Positions 43,349 through 59,802 of a stretch of 64,000 nucleotides of DNA are shown piece after piece. Position 1 is the first letter of the stretch; each line of letters starts with the position of its first letter. Under the pieces are notes generated by a model, which was not told the origin of the DNA, searched no databases, and was given only the letters and a program-made list of their open reading frames with translations. A program made the translations under genes and the position numbers. This DNA is from the human T2T-CHM13v2.0 reference genome, Homo sapiens: the NCBI RefSeq assembly GCF_009914755.1, contig NC_060929.1. One strand, given 5' to 3'.

Positions 43349-43690
43349 TGTGGAGGCTAAAGCAACTCCATCTTGAATGCCAGTCCACCATGTTGACTTC
43401 TGATTAAACCCAGTTCTGGGAAGGCCTCTAAGATTTCCAATTTATCTGTTGTTTCTTGTGTAAGAGCATGTACTTACTGTAATTCCTGTCCTTACATGAG
43501 AACAACCTTGACGTTATCTTACTTCAATTGTCCTGCACATCCCTTCTGAATCACCCTTTCCCTGTAGCATATAAGCCCTGCATCTGGGGGTCATGGCACG
43601 GGGATCCACCATCTTGTTTTGCCGCCACCTGAGACGCAGACGTGGCTTCTGTTCCTACATTCCTATTAAATATTTCTTTCTAAGGAAAAC
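43349..43690 (+). mobile_element. Solo LTR (LTR47-like)
   Basis: TG start 'tgtggaggctaaagcaactccatcttg', TATA-like catataag at about 43568, ATTAAA 43665-43670. Confidence 0.7.
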
Positions 43691-44565
43691 AAGAGTTACT
43701 GTAAGAGGCAAGTTTTAGGTCTTTAAAGAAGGGCATGATTGAGAACAGTTATTTTAAAATCAGGCTGTGATGGTATAATTTACATGTAGCAGGAGAAGGA
43801 AGAGTGGAGCTGAAAATGACCTGGATCTGGAAGGATGTGGCAATAGAGAAGGGGATTGGAAGAGTAACTTTCTCCAAAGATAAGGCATATGCTTTTTTGT
43901 CATATTTGGTCATAGAAACCTGACTCATATCCATTTGGAGCTTGCCACAGAGACGGCTGGAAAGAGAATGTGCACTCTGATTCAGAATGGGGAGCTCATT
44001 TTTGCCTTGGCGGTTTGCTCTGATAGGTGGTGCTAGTGTCGTACTTTTGATCACACAAGGATACAAGGAGAGCAATGCTTCCTGGAATTACACCTTATTA
44101 AATCTTTGGAAGAAAAAAATTAAAGGTACACGTTTGAGAAAGACCAATTGAAAGACCTGAATTTGCCATCTATTTAATTAGAGTAAGAGACTGTTGCTAA
44201 GATACCTGCTTGCCCTTTCTATTTTTGGAGGTGTGGGAAAGAAGTAATGTCCCTGTTTTTTTCCAAGTTAGAAAAAAATAGTCTTTCCACTCTCTGTATA
44301 AACATACATCATAGGGCAGGGGGCAGTATATATGTATGTGTAGGAAAAGAAATAATGCAAGCATGTGATCAGTTTCTAAGAAATTGAGTTATTGGGACTT
44401 AGTCCTGAAATAAATCTACAAGTTAACTATCTTAACCTCATTTTATGAATGAGGAAATTTGGAACTTAAAGAAAAAGTTATTCATCAGGTTCACACAACT
44501 AGTTATAATGACCTGAAAATTGTTTACAATGCTTGAATGCTTGATTTAATATGGCCTATAACACA

Positions 44566-44622
44566 TATACACGCGCGCGCACGCGCACACACACACACAC
44601 ACACCCACACACCCATACACAC
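44566..44622. repeat. (CG)/(CA)n microsatellite
   Basis: Direct reading. Confidence 0.9.
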
Positions 44623-45099
44623 CCTTAGCTAGCAAATGTACAAAGGACTTTAAAATACTGCTAGAAGAGAGGTAAATGATGATGGTCAGACCAGAATTCT
44701 CATGGTCTTTTCCAAAGTCACTGCTTCGTGTCGCTTCCAACTCCGAGTTATTCTCACACCGTTAATCTGACATAAACTCCTGCTAGTCTGCTAAGTCATT
44801 TTCTTCTAAGAATCTTTTATTAATTTATCACAGCCATCATTTATAAGCCAATCCATGACAGAGGGATAAGGTGGCTTCAGGAGGAACCAATTTAGTTATC
44901 CAAACTGAAGTGCAGGACTGTTGTTCTCCTTTATGTCACTAGAAACAAAGCAGGAGAGATTTTTCATTTGTCTACTGTCAATGCCAAATACTCTATATAT
45001 CCAGACTTCTAAGACCTGACCAAAAATAAACTTTCTACAGAATTTTGCGTTGCAAACTTGGGAAAGAGTGAGACTGTGTACGCACGAGAAAGAGAGAGA

Positions 45100-46094
<995 letters not shown>

Positions 46095-46386
46095 TGATAG
46101 TGCATGTTAAAATCAGTGACATCGTGGAATAAGAGATATACCGGTAGTGAAACATTTGGCTGATATTCATACATATGGATGATCCACATTCTGTTGGAAT
46201 CTAGTCTTGTGTCAGTGTGTGTTGGCCGTACGAGCCATGTTGCCCATTGGACCTTCCTGTTCCAATAGTGAGATTGTCACTCTACCATGGGCCACATGTT
46301 GCTGGCCGAAGTTGGGTGGTCGTGGCTTAATTCTGGGAATGAGGGCAGATATTAAAACTGTCCTGACTGTTCTTCTCTTGTTTCAG

Positions 46387-46526
46387 TGCACGAAGGCAGC
46401 CCTCTGGGTGAACTCCATCGCTGTATCCGTGAGGGGGTGAAGGTGAATGTTCACATCCGCACTTTCAAGGGACTTCGGGGCGTCTGTACAGGCTTCCTTG
46501 TTGCATTCGACAAGTTCTGGAATATG
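46387..46526 (+). CDS. LSM11: LSM11 coding exon 2 (Sm1 motif)
   Basis: tttcag|[48 protein letters not shown]|gtaatt. Confidence 0.97.
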
Positions 46527-46710
46527 GTAATTAAGCCTTTCTCAAGGGGCTGGAGAACCTCCTACAGATTATATCTTCTATATATTTAAAGGACCTGAGT
46601 AACTGCATTAAGTAAAACCCAAAAAATAACTTCTTAGAAGAACTAGAATTTTTGCATACTTTTGGGCAACAACAAGAAAAGGTCTTTTTATTGCTTCCTT
46701 CTCCTTAAGG

Positions 46711-46935
46711 CAGTGGCTCTTAACCAAGGTAATTTTGTTCTTCCTTCACTCCCAGGAACATTCATCAATGTCTGGGGACATTTTATTGTCACCACTATAG
46801 GAGAGGGTACTACTGGCATCTAATTGGTAGAGGCCAGGGTTGCAGCTAAACAGTCTACAACACACAAGATAGTCCCTCAACAACAAAGAATTATCCAATC
46901 TGAAAAGTCCTTAGTGCCAGGGTTGAGAAACCCAG
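46711..46935 (+). mobile_element. MER20 (hAT-Charlie MITE)
   Basis: cagtgg...tactggcatctaattggtagaggccaggg...caacaaagaattatcc...ggttgagaaacc. Perfect 8-bp TSD ccttaagg at 46703-46710 and 46936-46943. Confidence 0.88.
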
Positions 46936-47157
46936 CCTTAAGGACCAATTATTTTATCGGTTTAGTAATTTTTAGTTGATTTTCTACCAACCATTCTTTC
47001 ATTAATTAAGAAAAACATTTATTGACTTCCCATTTTGGCTGAACCCCATGCTAGGTGCAAAAGTTTCAGAAAGGAACTTGCACTTTACAGTACATGGGAA
47101 GGTAAATAAGGATAGAGGTGAAGCAGACATCAGTAAACAAAGCATTTTGCATGATGT

Positions 47158-47860
<703 letters not shown>

Positions 47861-47964
47861 AGAACCACCAGAGCTTTCTGGTGTTTCTTTTCCATATGGT
47901 CTTCTATCTCCAACTTTCCTTTTCCCTGTGCTTTATCCCCATCCACGCATCCTCCTGGATAAGA

Positions 47965-48750
47965 ACAGTAGCTGCTAACATATATTGAGTACCTGCTATG
48001 TGCCAGGTACTATACTGAGGGCTTCATATATTATCTCAATGAATGAGTTGTGGGTACTATTACTGTTCCATTTCACAAATGAAGAAATTGATTCTAGAGA
48101 GATTGGAATGTTGGTCGCAGATCACACTGTTAGTAAGTGGAAGTGCCAAACTTTTTCCTCGGCCTAACTCCTAAAACCATGTTTTTAACCATTAGAGAAT
48201 TTGAATCCTAGCATCATCACTTGGTAACTGTGTGACTGTAAGCAAGATAATTTCTCTGAGCCTCAGTTTTCTCATTTCCAAAATGCAGGGAAAAATGTTT
48301 TATTATGATCTTTTTACCTTTGAAGAATTGAAGAGAATGTGTTAGATGATAGTGGTGATTATAACAGTACTGTCAGCTTCTATTTGTAGGGTGATTTACA
48401 CTTTTCAAAGGAATTTGTCTTGTACTTCTCATTTGGTCCTAACAGCTGTCCTGTCGAGGTTGCTCTCGGTGATGAGAACTCACCAGCAATTCTGTGTGTA
48501 ACCCTGGTTAATCTCTGTTAATTGCTTTCATAAGACATAGAAACTGAAGCGGGTAAAGAAGCAGTAATGTTCCTCAAAGTGGGATCTAAAGCCATCCTGC
48601 ATCAGAATCACCTGGGGCTTCTGGTTGAAACAAAAGGTTCCTGGGCTTCATCCCAGACCTACCAAAACAGAATCTCCAGCAGAATAGCTTTGGGTTCGTA
48701 TTTTAATAAACCTCCTAGATATTCTTGCACACTGAAATTTAAGACCTTCT
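47965..48750. mobile_element. MIR fragments (47965-48290) and MER5A-like element (48560-48750)
   Basis: tattgagtacctgctatgtgccagg, ctctgagcctcagttttctcat; gcatcagaatcacctgggg...cccagacctac. Confidence 0.7.
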
Positions 48751-48999
48751 ACCATGCAGTCATAAAGGCCCTTACCATCCATAGGTGAAACCCATCTTAT
48801 ATGGTGATAGCAGCTTAAAAATATTACACAGAAGGTACCAGGTGTCACCATTTTCTTCTGCCTAGGAGCTGAGTCATCTGTTAAGTGTAGTTCTGCTCTG
48901 AATAGATGTTACTCTGCCTTTTTTTTTTTCCCTGAAAAAGCTATACAAATAATAATTTTAATTCTGTCTAATGTTTTTCCTTTTGGGCTGTTCCTCTAG

Positions 49000-49107
<108 letters not shown>

Positions 49108-49407
49108 TGAGTAGCCATCATGCTTTCCAGCTTAGGAATTAAGATCCCTGAGCCCAGTGACTAGGATTTCCTAGAGGGAAATCTCTGTTGCTATAAACCA
49201 GCTGTGCCTGTACCAAGGTATTCCTTAGTTCCTCTTTTCATGCTTCCAGTGAATCTCAAGTGAGTCTGTGCTTGTAACCTGCATATTATTTGAGGAGCAA
49301 GTTGTCTCTTACAACACCTGAAAGTCTTTCAGCTTTATACCACAGAAATAAGCCTTTTCTCTTGACATATGTATTATGTGCATTATAGTTAGAAATAGGA
49401 AATTTAT

Positions 49408-49710
<303 letters not shown>

Positions 49711-49847
49711 TTATTACTAACTTTTAAAAAATTGCAAAGCAAGGAGTCCACAGAACATAATTAAAGAATTTGGTCTTTTTCTGTATGTTGAAAGAGGGTG
49801 ATGAAGGCTAAAGAGAAGGCTAATATTTATCATTGTTTGCTTTATAG

Positions 49848-50258
<411 letters not shown>

Positions 50259-51879
50259 CCAGCTCAGCCTGAGCTTTGGTTTTTAGAAATAAAGTGCATG
50301 AATTGCTGCTATGCTGTATCCTAGTATCCCAGTGAAACTCTGAGTTGGAATGATTCCCTCTGGTCCTGCATATGCAGAGGACGGAGCAGGCTCAGCCCCC
50401 TGGAAGATGAGCTCAAGGGGAGGACAGGCCTTGGGAGGGCAGGCGTTTGCATTAATATCAAGGCAAAAAGCATTCATAGATACATGCATCTGATTTGGTA
50501 TTGTGATTTACTTCAGACCCTGAAACCAAATATCTGATCTTCCATTAGACTTAGGGGTCATGATATGAGTGGAATTTACATTTTAGATACTATAGGGGAA
50601 AGAAAAGTCTCAAAAAGAAGTATTGCATGTCTAAAAGCTAGTGCCCTGAGTACTCATGAATTCGATTCCAAGAGTAGTGGTGTAAATTGCCTTGGAGCCC
50701 TGCATCCACGTCTTGTAACTAACTTTTGAATTTTGCCTGACATGATTCTCTCTTGATGAAGAAATGACATATATTATCTTTGAATATCTACAAGGAAAGT
50801 TACCAACTTATGTAGGGGTGAAATTTGGATAGGCGGTATGCTCAAAGCAGCCAGCAATGAGTGCTCTGTTTTGATCCTTCTTATTATTATGGAAAGGAGT
50901 ACAGGACCTCTTCAGTCTTCCCCTTACCAGAGGTAGCCTCTGCAAATGGCATACCAGATGGGACTCTAAGATGCTTGTGTGGTGGCTTCTTGTCCTTCTC
51001 TTTGACTTCTGTGGCATGGTGCTAGTGCATGTACCCTGTGGTATTGCCCCTCTGTCCGTAGTGTGAACTGTCCTGTGAGCTTTATGTCAGGAGACTGTGA
51101 CCTTCATGTCCAGCTTCAAAGAGTTGTGCATGAACTCGGTAATACACATCACACGGCTGAGAGTCCCCTTTCCAGGCAGGGCCAGCATGTGTAGAATATC
51201 TTTCAGAATATGGTTTCACCATGAAACAGGGGTGGTAGATTTATTCCCTTGTGTCAGGCCAAAGAAGTTCTTACAAAGTACAGTGGGTAGTGTCTAAAGC
51301 GACACTTTACTCACAGCCTGGCTTGAGTCAACAGGAACACCATAGCACCCACAAATACTTCTACTTGAATCATATTCTGTGCTTTTTCAATCACTAGTGC
51401 AGAATAGGCTGCATTTGACACAGACTGTTAGGCAATATTGATTTTTTTGTTTTGTTTTTATTTGGTTTTATCTGAGATAACTTATGTTCAAGGTGAGAAT
51501 AAGAAATAGCCAACTAGTTAAAATGTATGAAAAGAAAACTTTCCCCTGCTGTATTTGTTGTGTAACATAAATAAGCCTTCTGAGAAGCAGGGTGAATAAA
51601 GTTTAGGGAGCTGGGACACCTGGTCCTGCTAGCTGGACCACTGGCTCATCATGCAATGAAAAGGTGAGCAGACTTAACCCCTCCGTGCCTCAGCTTTTTC
51701 CCCACAGACACCTACCTCACAGGGGCATTGAGAAAAAAAAAATGAAGGCATTTTACAGTCTCTAAACATCTTTAAGTGCCATGAGTAATTTTTCCTGACT
51801 CTGTTTCATAGCTTTGTAAGAATTCTGTGTCTTTATAAGACACAGAAGCAAGGCAGGTGCTACATAAAAAAGTAATCTC

Positions 51880-52305
<426 letters not shown>

Positions 52306-53109
52306 TCAGTAAGAGGAGAGTAACTTTTTTTTTGCTGCTCCCGCTATATCCCAGGCCTCACCCTTTTCTGATCATTATCAGAAAGAATCCCCTGAACTTT
52401 TCAAGGGGTTTATATGGTAGCACCAAATGGAGAATGAGCATCTAAAAATGACACATCCCGAAAGGGCAATCTGTGGAAGTTTGTTGTTTGTTTGTTTTTA
52501 TTTTTAAATGCATTGTAAAGTGTACTCTAGAGCCAGATCAGGTGCACTAAAGTTTATAGAGGTTCCAGTTTACAAACTCAAGTGAACAGTAATCTTTGGA
52601 AGCTGCCAGTCTAAATTCTAAATAGTGTATCTGAAATCTCAGTTCCCAAAATAGTTGTCAGGTTTAATCATCAGGCAACACTGCGTATACCTGTGTGGCT
52701 ATCCTCATCTGCCTGCCCTCTCATCCCTCGGCTAGAATGATGTACTCTACTTTCCCAATAAGGTGGAAATTTGGAATCCAACGGAATATAATCAGTTTTC
52801 ATTCATTCCAGTGCCTAGTTAAATCTAACCTGACTTAAACATATGCCTGTTTTTATGTTTACCTATAATTTTCATATAGCCGTATAAGGATTGATTTACC
52901 ATTTTTTGCCCAACATGACAATTCTGGCTATGAAAATTATGTTTAAACTGTGTATGATCTATTTTATGTGCTCTATGTTCCCATTTGTTTGTTTGGTCTG
53001 GACAGTGGTTCTGGAATGAATTCTATCTAGTAAATTAGTAAATGTGCTGTTTTGTATAAAGCATGATAATTACTTTTTAACAGAAGTTCATTTTTAAAGA
53101 TTACTCCCT

Positions 53110-53398
53110 TTTCTTTCTCTCTTTTTTTTGAGACAATTTCTCTCTTGTTGCCTAGGCAGTGCAGTGGCGCGATCTCAGCTCCCTGCAACTTCTGCCTCCC
53201 AGGTTCAAGCGATTCTCCTGCCTTAGCCTCCTGAGTAGCTGGGTCAGCCACCATGGCTGACTCATTTTTTGTATTTTTAGTAGAGAAGGGGTTTTACCGT
53301 GTTAGCCAGGCTGGTCTTGAACTCCTGACCTTGGGTGATCCACCTGCCTCAGCCTCCCAAAGTGCTGGGATTACAGGCGTGAGCTATCCCGCCCGGTC
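53110..53398 (-). mobile_element. AluS in the LSM11 3'UTR
   Basis: Antisense Alu with small deletions. Confidence 0.9.
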
Positions 53399-55680
53399 CC
53401 CTTTTCTTTATTATCGAAGATATTGTTTAAAAGAAAGAAAAAGTAGGTCCCAATAATATATGTGCTATTCAAAAAATGTGATCATTTAGGACATTATCAC
53501 AAGTTGCTATGGAAATAACTGAAGACTTCCTCAGGAGAAGGAAAGAAAATGAGGAACATAATGATAGAGTCGGGGAACTCCCACTAGCTCACCTGAGGGG
53601 GGCTCGATGCAGCTGAAATACTGAATACTGAAATACTAGAAACCAACAAAACTGGTTTCTAGAATTCTCCAGGGATTTGGGCTTGGGAAACTTGGTAAGA
53701 ATAGTTTTTATTTTTGAACATTCAACTTTGGTTCTTCAAAGTAATCTTTAAACATGGGAATATGTTTTCAAGACAATTTATAGGACATACTTATGTAGTT
53801 GGTGAGGTCTTCTCAAAAGTATCTACCTTTGTTAGATAATAACAAGTGATTAAGAAAGGGGAGATATGGTTTTATACTCATAACAATTTCCTGTGCCATT
53901 CTCTGTACACAGAGGTGATTCATTTACTCTCCCATTAGTAGAACTTGCACTTTGGGCTGTCTGTTCTAGTATTTGGGAAGTGTTTATGCTTCCTTCCAGG
54001 GACCATCTTATGATCAGAGGCAGGATGTCTGTGAGATGGTTAGCTAGAGTTAGCAGTGTCCGGGGAGAGTGGCTTTAGACCAGTCAGTACCTTGCTCTTT
54101 GTGCATGGTGCATGTCAAGTCAGGAAGCCAAGAAACCGTTGGCATTAAAATCTAGATGCATAGAGATCCTTGCTATGAGTTGTGGATAGGAGTGGCTCCA
54201 TCTATCCTTGTGGTGAAAGAGTCCAGGAGCTCCTTTAGAGATTGTCAAGTCCTGAGCGATGAGCTGCCCTTAATCCTCAGAAGCCTTACAAAAATTGAGA
54301 TGTACCATTTCTACCCTTTGAGAAAAAAGAAATAGAAACTTACTTGATGCAGAATGGATATTTATATTTCTGCTTGCACCATTTCCATAGCAGCTGACAA
54401 AGGCAAAATCATGAAATAGAATCATTTCTATAAATTGCTTCTTTAAGTTTTCTCTAAATTTTGCCTCTAGGAAAAAATTAAAACTATTCAATGACAGCTA
54501 GCTGTCACTGGTGCTACCCCAAAGCTTTCCAATCTTTTATGTATTTTTTGTCAATGAAACTGTTGCTGTAGGAAAGTCAAGGTTCATGTAAGAGTATCGT
54601 GGTGTAAATATAATGGTTTCACAGCTGTTTGAATTTTTCTTTTCCTGTGCCAGATATAGAATGCAGTCAACCCTTTTTCAGTAACTTATGTTCACCAGTC
54701 TGTGCTTTTCTTCTCCCAGAAGGCTTTTCTTAGTGGTTGTAAATGCAAGAATCCTGAGCCCTGTGTTGCAAAGGTGGGTGGTCTGTCAGCACTTTCTGGC
54801 AAATTGAGTTGATGGATTTAAGATAAGCCTTTGGGGTTCCTGTCAGTTTTCTGGGCCCTGAGGAAGGGTTGGGCCTCCTTTACTCTCAGTATTTTGAGTG
54901 TTTTTCAAATGTTTGTACGTTATCTTGCACTGCTCTAATAAAAATGAAAGCTCTCTGACAAGAAATAGTTCTGGATGGTTTGAAGATCTGCGGGGAAAAA
55001 TAAGTGTGCACCTGAGACCTTCAGTTAGTCTTTTATTTATTTAGAATAAAAAATAGTTTGATAACCTACCAGAGTTAGTGCTTCTTTAAAAACACTCCTT
55101 GGAAAGATGGGGACTGTCCCTTAGGAAAGCCATAAAAGTGATTCCCAATACTTTGCAATTGCTTTTGATTTTTAGTCCTTTGGAACAAATGTGTGATGTT
55201 ATGTCTGATGTTGTGTTTTTAGAGCTGTGAAAAGTCTGAAAAATTTCAAGGGGTATTATTTAAATGATGATTATCTGGCTGAATTATGTGTGAGCTAGAA
55301 TCTAGGGTAGCTGTCCACTTCTTTTTCTGTTGTCCTGACAGTAAAGCAAATAGTAAGCCATGTCTTGAAAGTGATTTGCTTGTTTCATACTGACATCTAA
55401 AGACATCAGCCTTCTCTTTGGCAACCCTGGGGATACTCCTCTGCACCATAACTTATTAATGTTTTTTTAGACAAGGCTAAACCTGAATGACTCTACGTAT
55501 CTATAGTTTCACTGCTCATATACCAGCTGCTACAAGAAAAACCATGACTTGTAAGTTTGTCTTTACTCCTAATTGCTAAATTAACTGAAACCCTTCCTGT
55601 CTAGGGAGAATTGCTGCTAGTAAGGTCAGTTTGCAATGTTCAGCTTTAGATATGTGTCGTAATGGGAGTCTGAAAACTGT

Positions 55681-55686
55681 AATAAA
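55681..55686 (+). terminator. LSM11: Probable LSM11 distal poly(A) signal AATAAA
   Basis: Hexamer followed by GU/U-rich and G-rich downstream elements. Fits the roughly 17-kb gene span as I recall it. Confidence 0.7.
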
Positions 55687-55866
55687 CTGTATTCATATCC
55701 TGGCTGCTTTGTCTCTGTTGATTTAGGGGGGTGGGAGAGAGGAGGCAGGGGAGTCTGTTACCAAGTGAAGACACCTGTCTAGAAAGTTAGACCATCTCAA
55801 GCCTTCTGCATTTACATTATTGTAACCTTGTACCTTTTCTTTACCAAAGTCCACACATCTAAGTCA

Positions 55867-56385
<519 letters not shown>

Positions 56386-58368
56386 TTACTTGAAGTTCAT
56401 GCTTAGGAAAGGAACTTGGCCCACATTCTGAATTATCTCCTCTAAGCTGCAAGCAGTGGTAATTGCCCTGTGAATTTATTCTACCTAATAGCTCACTGGC
56501 ACTAGTCCATTCTGTTCATGATCTGCTGAAATCACCATTCATTCTGCTCCCTCTGAGTGTTTTACCACATTTGGCAAATCAATCTTCACATTCTTCCAAA
56601 AATATTTAAATTTTCTACCAGCTTTCCACTGTGCATGTACAGGAAGTTTAGCTGTCCCAGATTTGCCACATTGATTACTTGGATCTCTTCTGTGTGCTTC
56701 CAGAACTGAATCACCTGGTAAGGTAGACAAGAAAAGTCACATTTATTCTTAGAGGGGGAAACCTGAAGTTAACTGTCAAGACCCAGTTTCTCACTTTAAA
56801 GGATCCATTAACTTGAGCCCAGCTGACACACACCAAGTTGCTAACTGCTGCAGTAGAAAGGGAGGCAAGACCCGTGTGCTGTATGTCTGGTCCTTGCCTG
56901 TTTGTTTTGAATCTCAGATACTTCTGATTAAATGAGAATGTCCTAATTAATCAAAGTAATGGCAAAAGAGTCAGCTAGCTTGACACTGTAAATGTACAGT
57001 GACAGTTAAATGTTGGCAGGGAGTGGAGGCCAGTGGAAAGAGACACATCGATCACTCTCCCTGTGCTTCCAAGATAGGAGTGGCAAGCAGAAAAAAATGC
57101 CAACCGTTCTCTCCTTGGTTATAGATGAAGAGTTTTTCAGTCTGCTCAGTTACCACTAGGTGGCAGTGGGTTAAAGAAAACTGCTTACCTAGAGGTCCCA
57201 GAAGGACCGGAGTCTCTAGTCTCCAGTCACTGCTACAATTTATCGTTAAATGCTCACCAGTCAGGACTGAGTTAATTAAGGAAAAACAAGCTATAATCAA
57301 CCCAAGTGGCAATATAAACGTTTCTTTTCAATATTGAATTTACCTAATTCGAAGCTCGGGAAGCCTGACTGATGGCGTTCAGGTAGTGAATGTGCTTGGG
57401 GAAGAGTGGCAAAGCGGGATTTCTCAGTGTCTGCTGTTTAAGGGGTCTCTCACTACTCTTCCATCCTGAGACTCCATCTCAGAAACTGTCAACTCCATCC
57501 AGCCTCTTCCCACCTGCTGCCAAGGGATTGCCCTGGGAAGCCTCTCTTAAAGCCCTTGTTTCTTAGCAACTGTCTCACTTTGAAACAATTCAGTTCTACC
57601 CAATGTTGCCTGAAAGCCCATTTGTGAGAGAGGTTGCAGCTCTCTTATGATTCTATGGCCAGAATTGAGCCTCCACTCCAAGATCGTGAGCAAATATGCT
57701 CGAGCCAGAGGGAACTTTCTAATAAACAGAGGAAAACCTGTTTTAGGTTGAGATACTGGCGGGCAGAAGTGGGGGGTGGGCAGTGCTAGTCAGGCTCCTC
57801 GCACATCACACCAAGACCTTCAAAAAGCCTTTCCCTCCCTACCTCAAGCATAATTTTTCAGCAGCCTATTCCTGTGGTGTAGAGGAATAACAGTATGTGA
57901 GATAATAGTAGATACTGGTCTTCAAATGTTTAAAAATAAGGTTATAATAAAGAGCCATTTTGATCCTTGGCAACTTGCACCACATTTCACTTAGTCACGC
58001 TGTGTGAAGAGGCAGAAAACAGATCATGCAATAAGAGACACGGTCCGTTTATAACATTTCATCCCTGCATTAAGCATATTACATGCATTACCTTGTTCAG
58101 ATACCACCATGAGAGGAAGACTCTATCCCCTTGATATATGTGAGGAAACTAAAGCTCAGAGAGGTTATGTAAGTTGCTAAAATCTCTCTACTAATAAATA
58201 GTGAATTGAGGGGTCTATCTAGGTCTCACTGACTCTTAAGTTTATTGCCAGCCAATTTCACCTTTAAAATATTAAGTTTCTCAGACATTAACCAGAAAAA
58301 TTTGAGAGTAAGCTGAGCCATCTCCCTAAACTAATCAGAAATCAGAAAGCTGAATTAAAATGCAGCAT

Positions 58369-58719
<351 letters not shown>

Positions 58720-59712
58720 CTAATTCACGCTACTCTTTGGCTGGGAGTGGGCACATGCACCCAGGGCTTCCTGGCTTCTAGAGAGAACCAGGGTGGGGAG
58801 CACCCCCAGGGGCAGCAGGCCAGCTGTGGCCCTAGGAAGAGTGGCTGCCAAGTGAGTGCTAGGAGGCCTTTGCCCACTAGTTAGTTTGGTCCTGGAAGGG
58901 GTATTGATCCCATAATCTTGTTGAAAAGAAGATGGAGTGACTGGTGGTCTCCCCAGCTCTTCAGTATACATTGAGAAAGTTCACCATCCCTTTCCAATCT
59001 TCCCCAACACTTGGGAAGGATGCTTTGTCCCAGCCTTGACTAGAAAATCGTCTAATTAAAGAAACTCTTCTCATGGCTAAACTATGGAAGTGCCTAAGCT
59101 ACAGAAAAAAAAAATTATTACTTGAAGGACTGTATCTTTCTCCTTAGAGCTAAAGGAGGCATTTGGCAAGCTGTCTGTCCAGCTTGTAAAATTGCCCTTC
59201 AACTTGTATTAATTTCCATAGGATGGCAATCCTGGGAGGATCCCCAGCTCCTTCTCTTATTACCTCAGGAAACTCCTGATCCCTAATATAGCGATAATGC
59301 CACCTGCTTCATAGGTTTGCTGGTGTCAAGTGCTCAGGCCATACAGCAATCCCCTAATATCATTTATGCTCGATGAACATGCTGTGCCATGCTCAACGGC
59401 TTTCTTAACTTCCCTGTGCTTCCATTCTGTGTCCTGAGACCAGACCCGGCAAACAGATGGACAGAGTTGGATGTTTTCCTCCTTTTTTCCCAGCACGCAG
59501 GTGTTTGAAAGATTGCTTCTAGGCTTCCTGAGTTCTCCATGCTTCCTCAATTGGCTCTCCCCGGGTTAAAACTTCAGAATGCTATCAGCTTCTCCACTGC
59601 TGGGAGAGCTGTGTGTTCCCCCAGGAATGACATTAGGCTCCACGGGACATTCATTAGTTGGGGTTACGAGGGGGCCACAGGGCACTGGAATGGTAATTTC
59701 CTACATGGGACC

Positions 59713-59802
59713 CCAGTGACCCAGAGTGAGCTAGCTCAGCTGGTCTGAGCATGTGGCTAATGAGGACAAGGTCATGGTTTCTCTCCTGTGTGGGCCAATT
59801 AG
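59713..59802 (+). mobile_element. tRNA-Ile(AAT)-derived relic, probably a MamSINE1 head
   Basis: tagctcagctggtctgagcatgtggctaatgaggacaaggtcatggtttctctcctgtgtgggcca is colinear with tRNA-Ile(AAT). Confidence 0.65.

Noticed and set aside
59725-59797. Functional tRNA gene near THG1L
   Set aside because: The acceptor stem and GTTCGA B-box are disrupted. It is Ile-like, not His.
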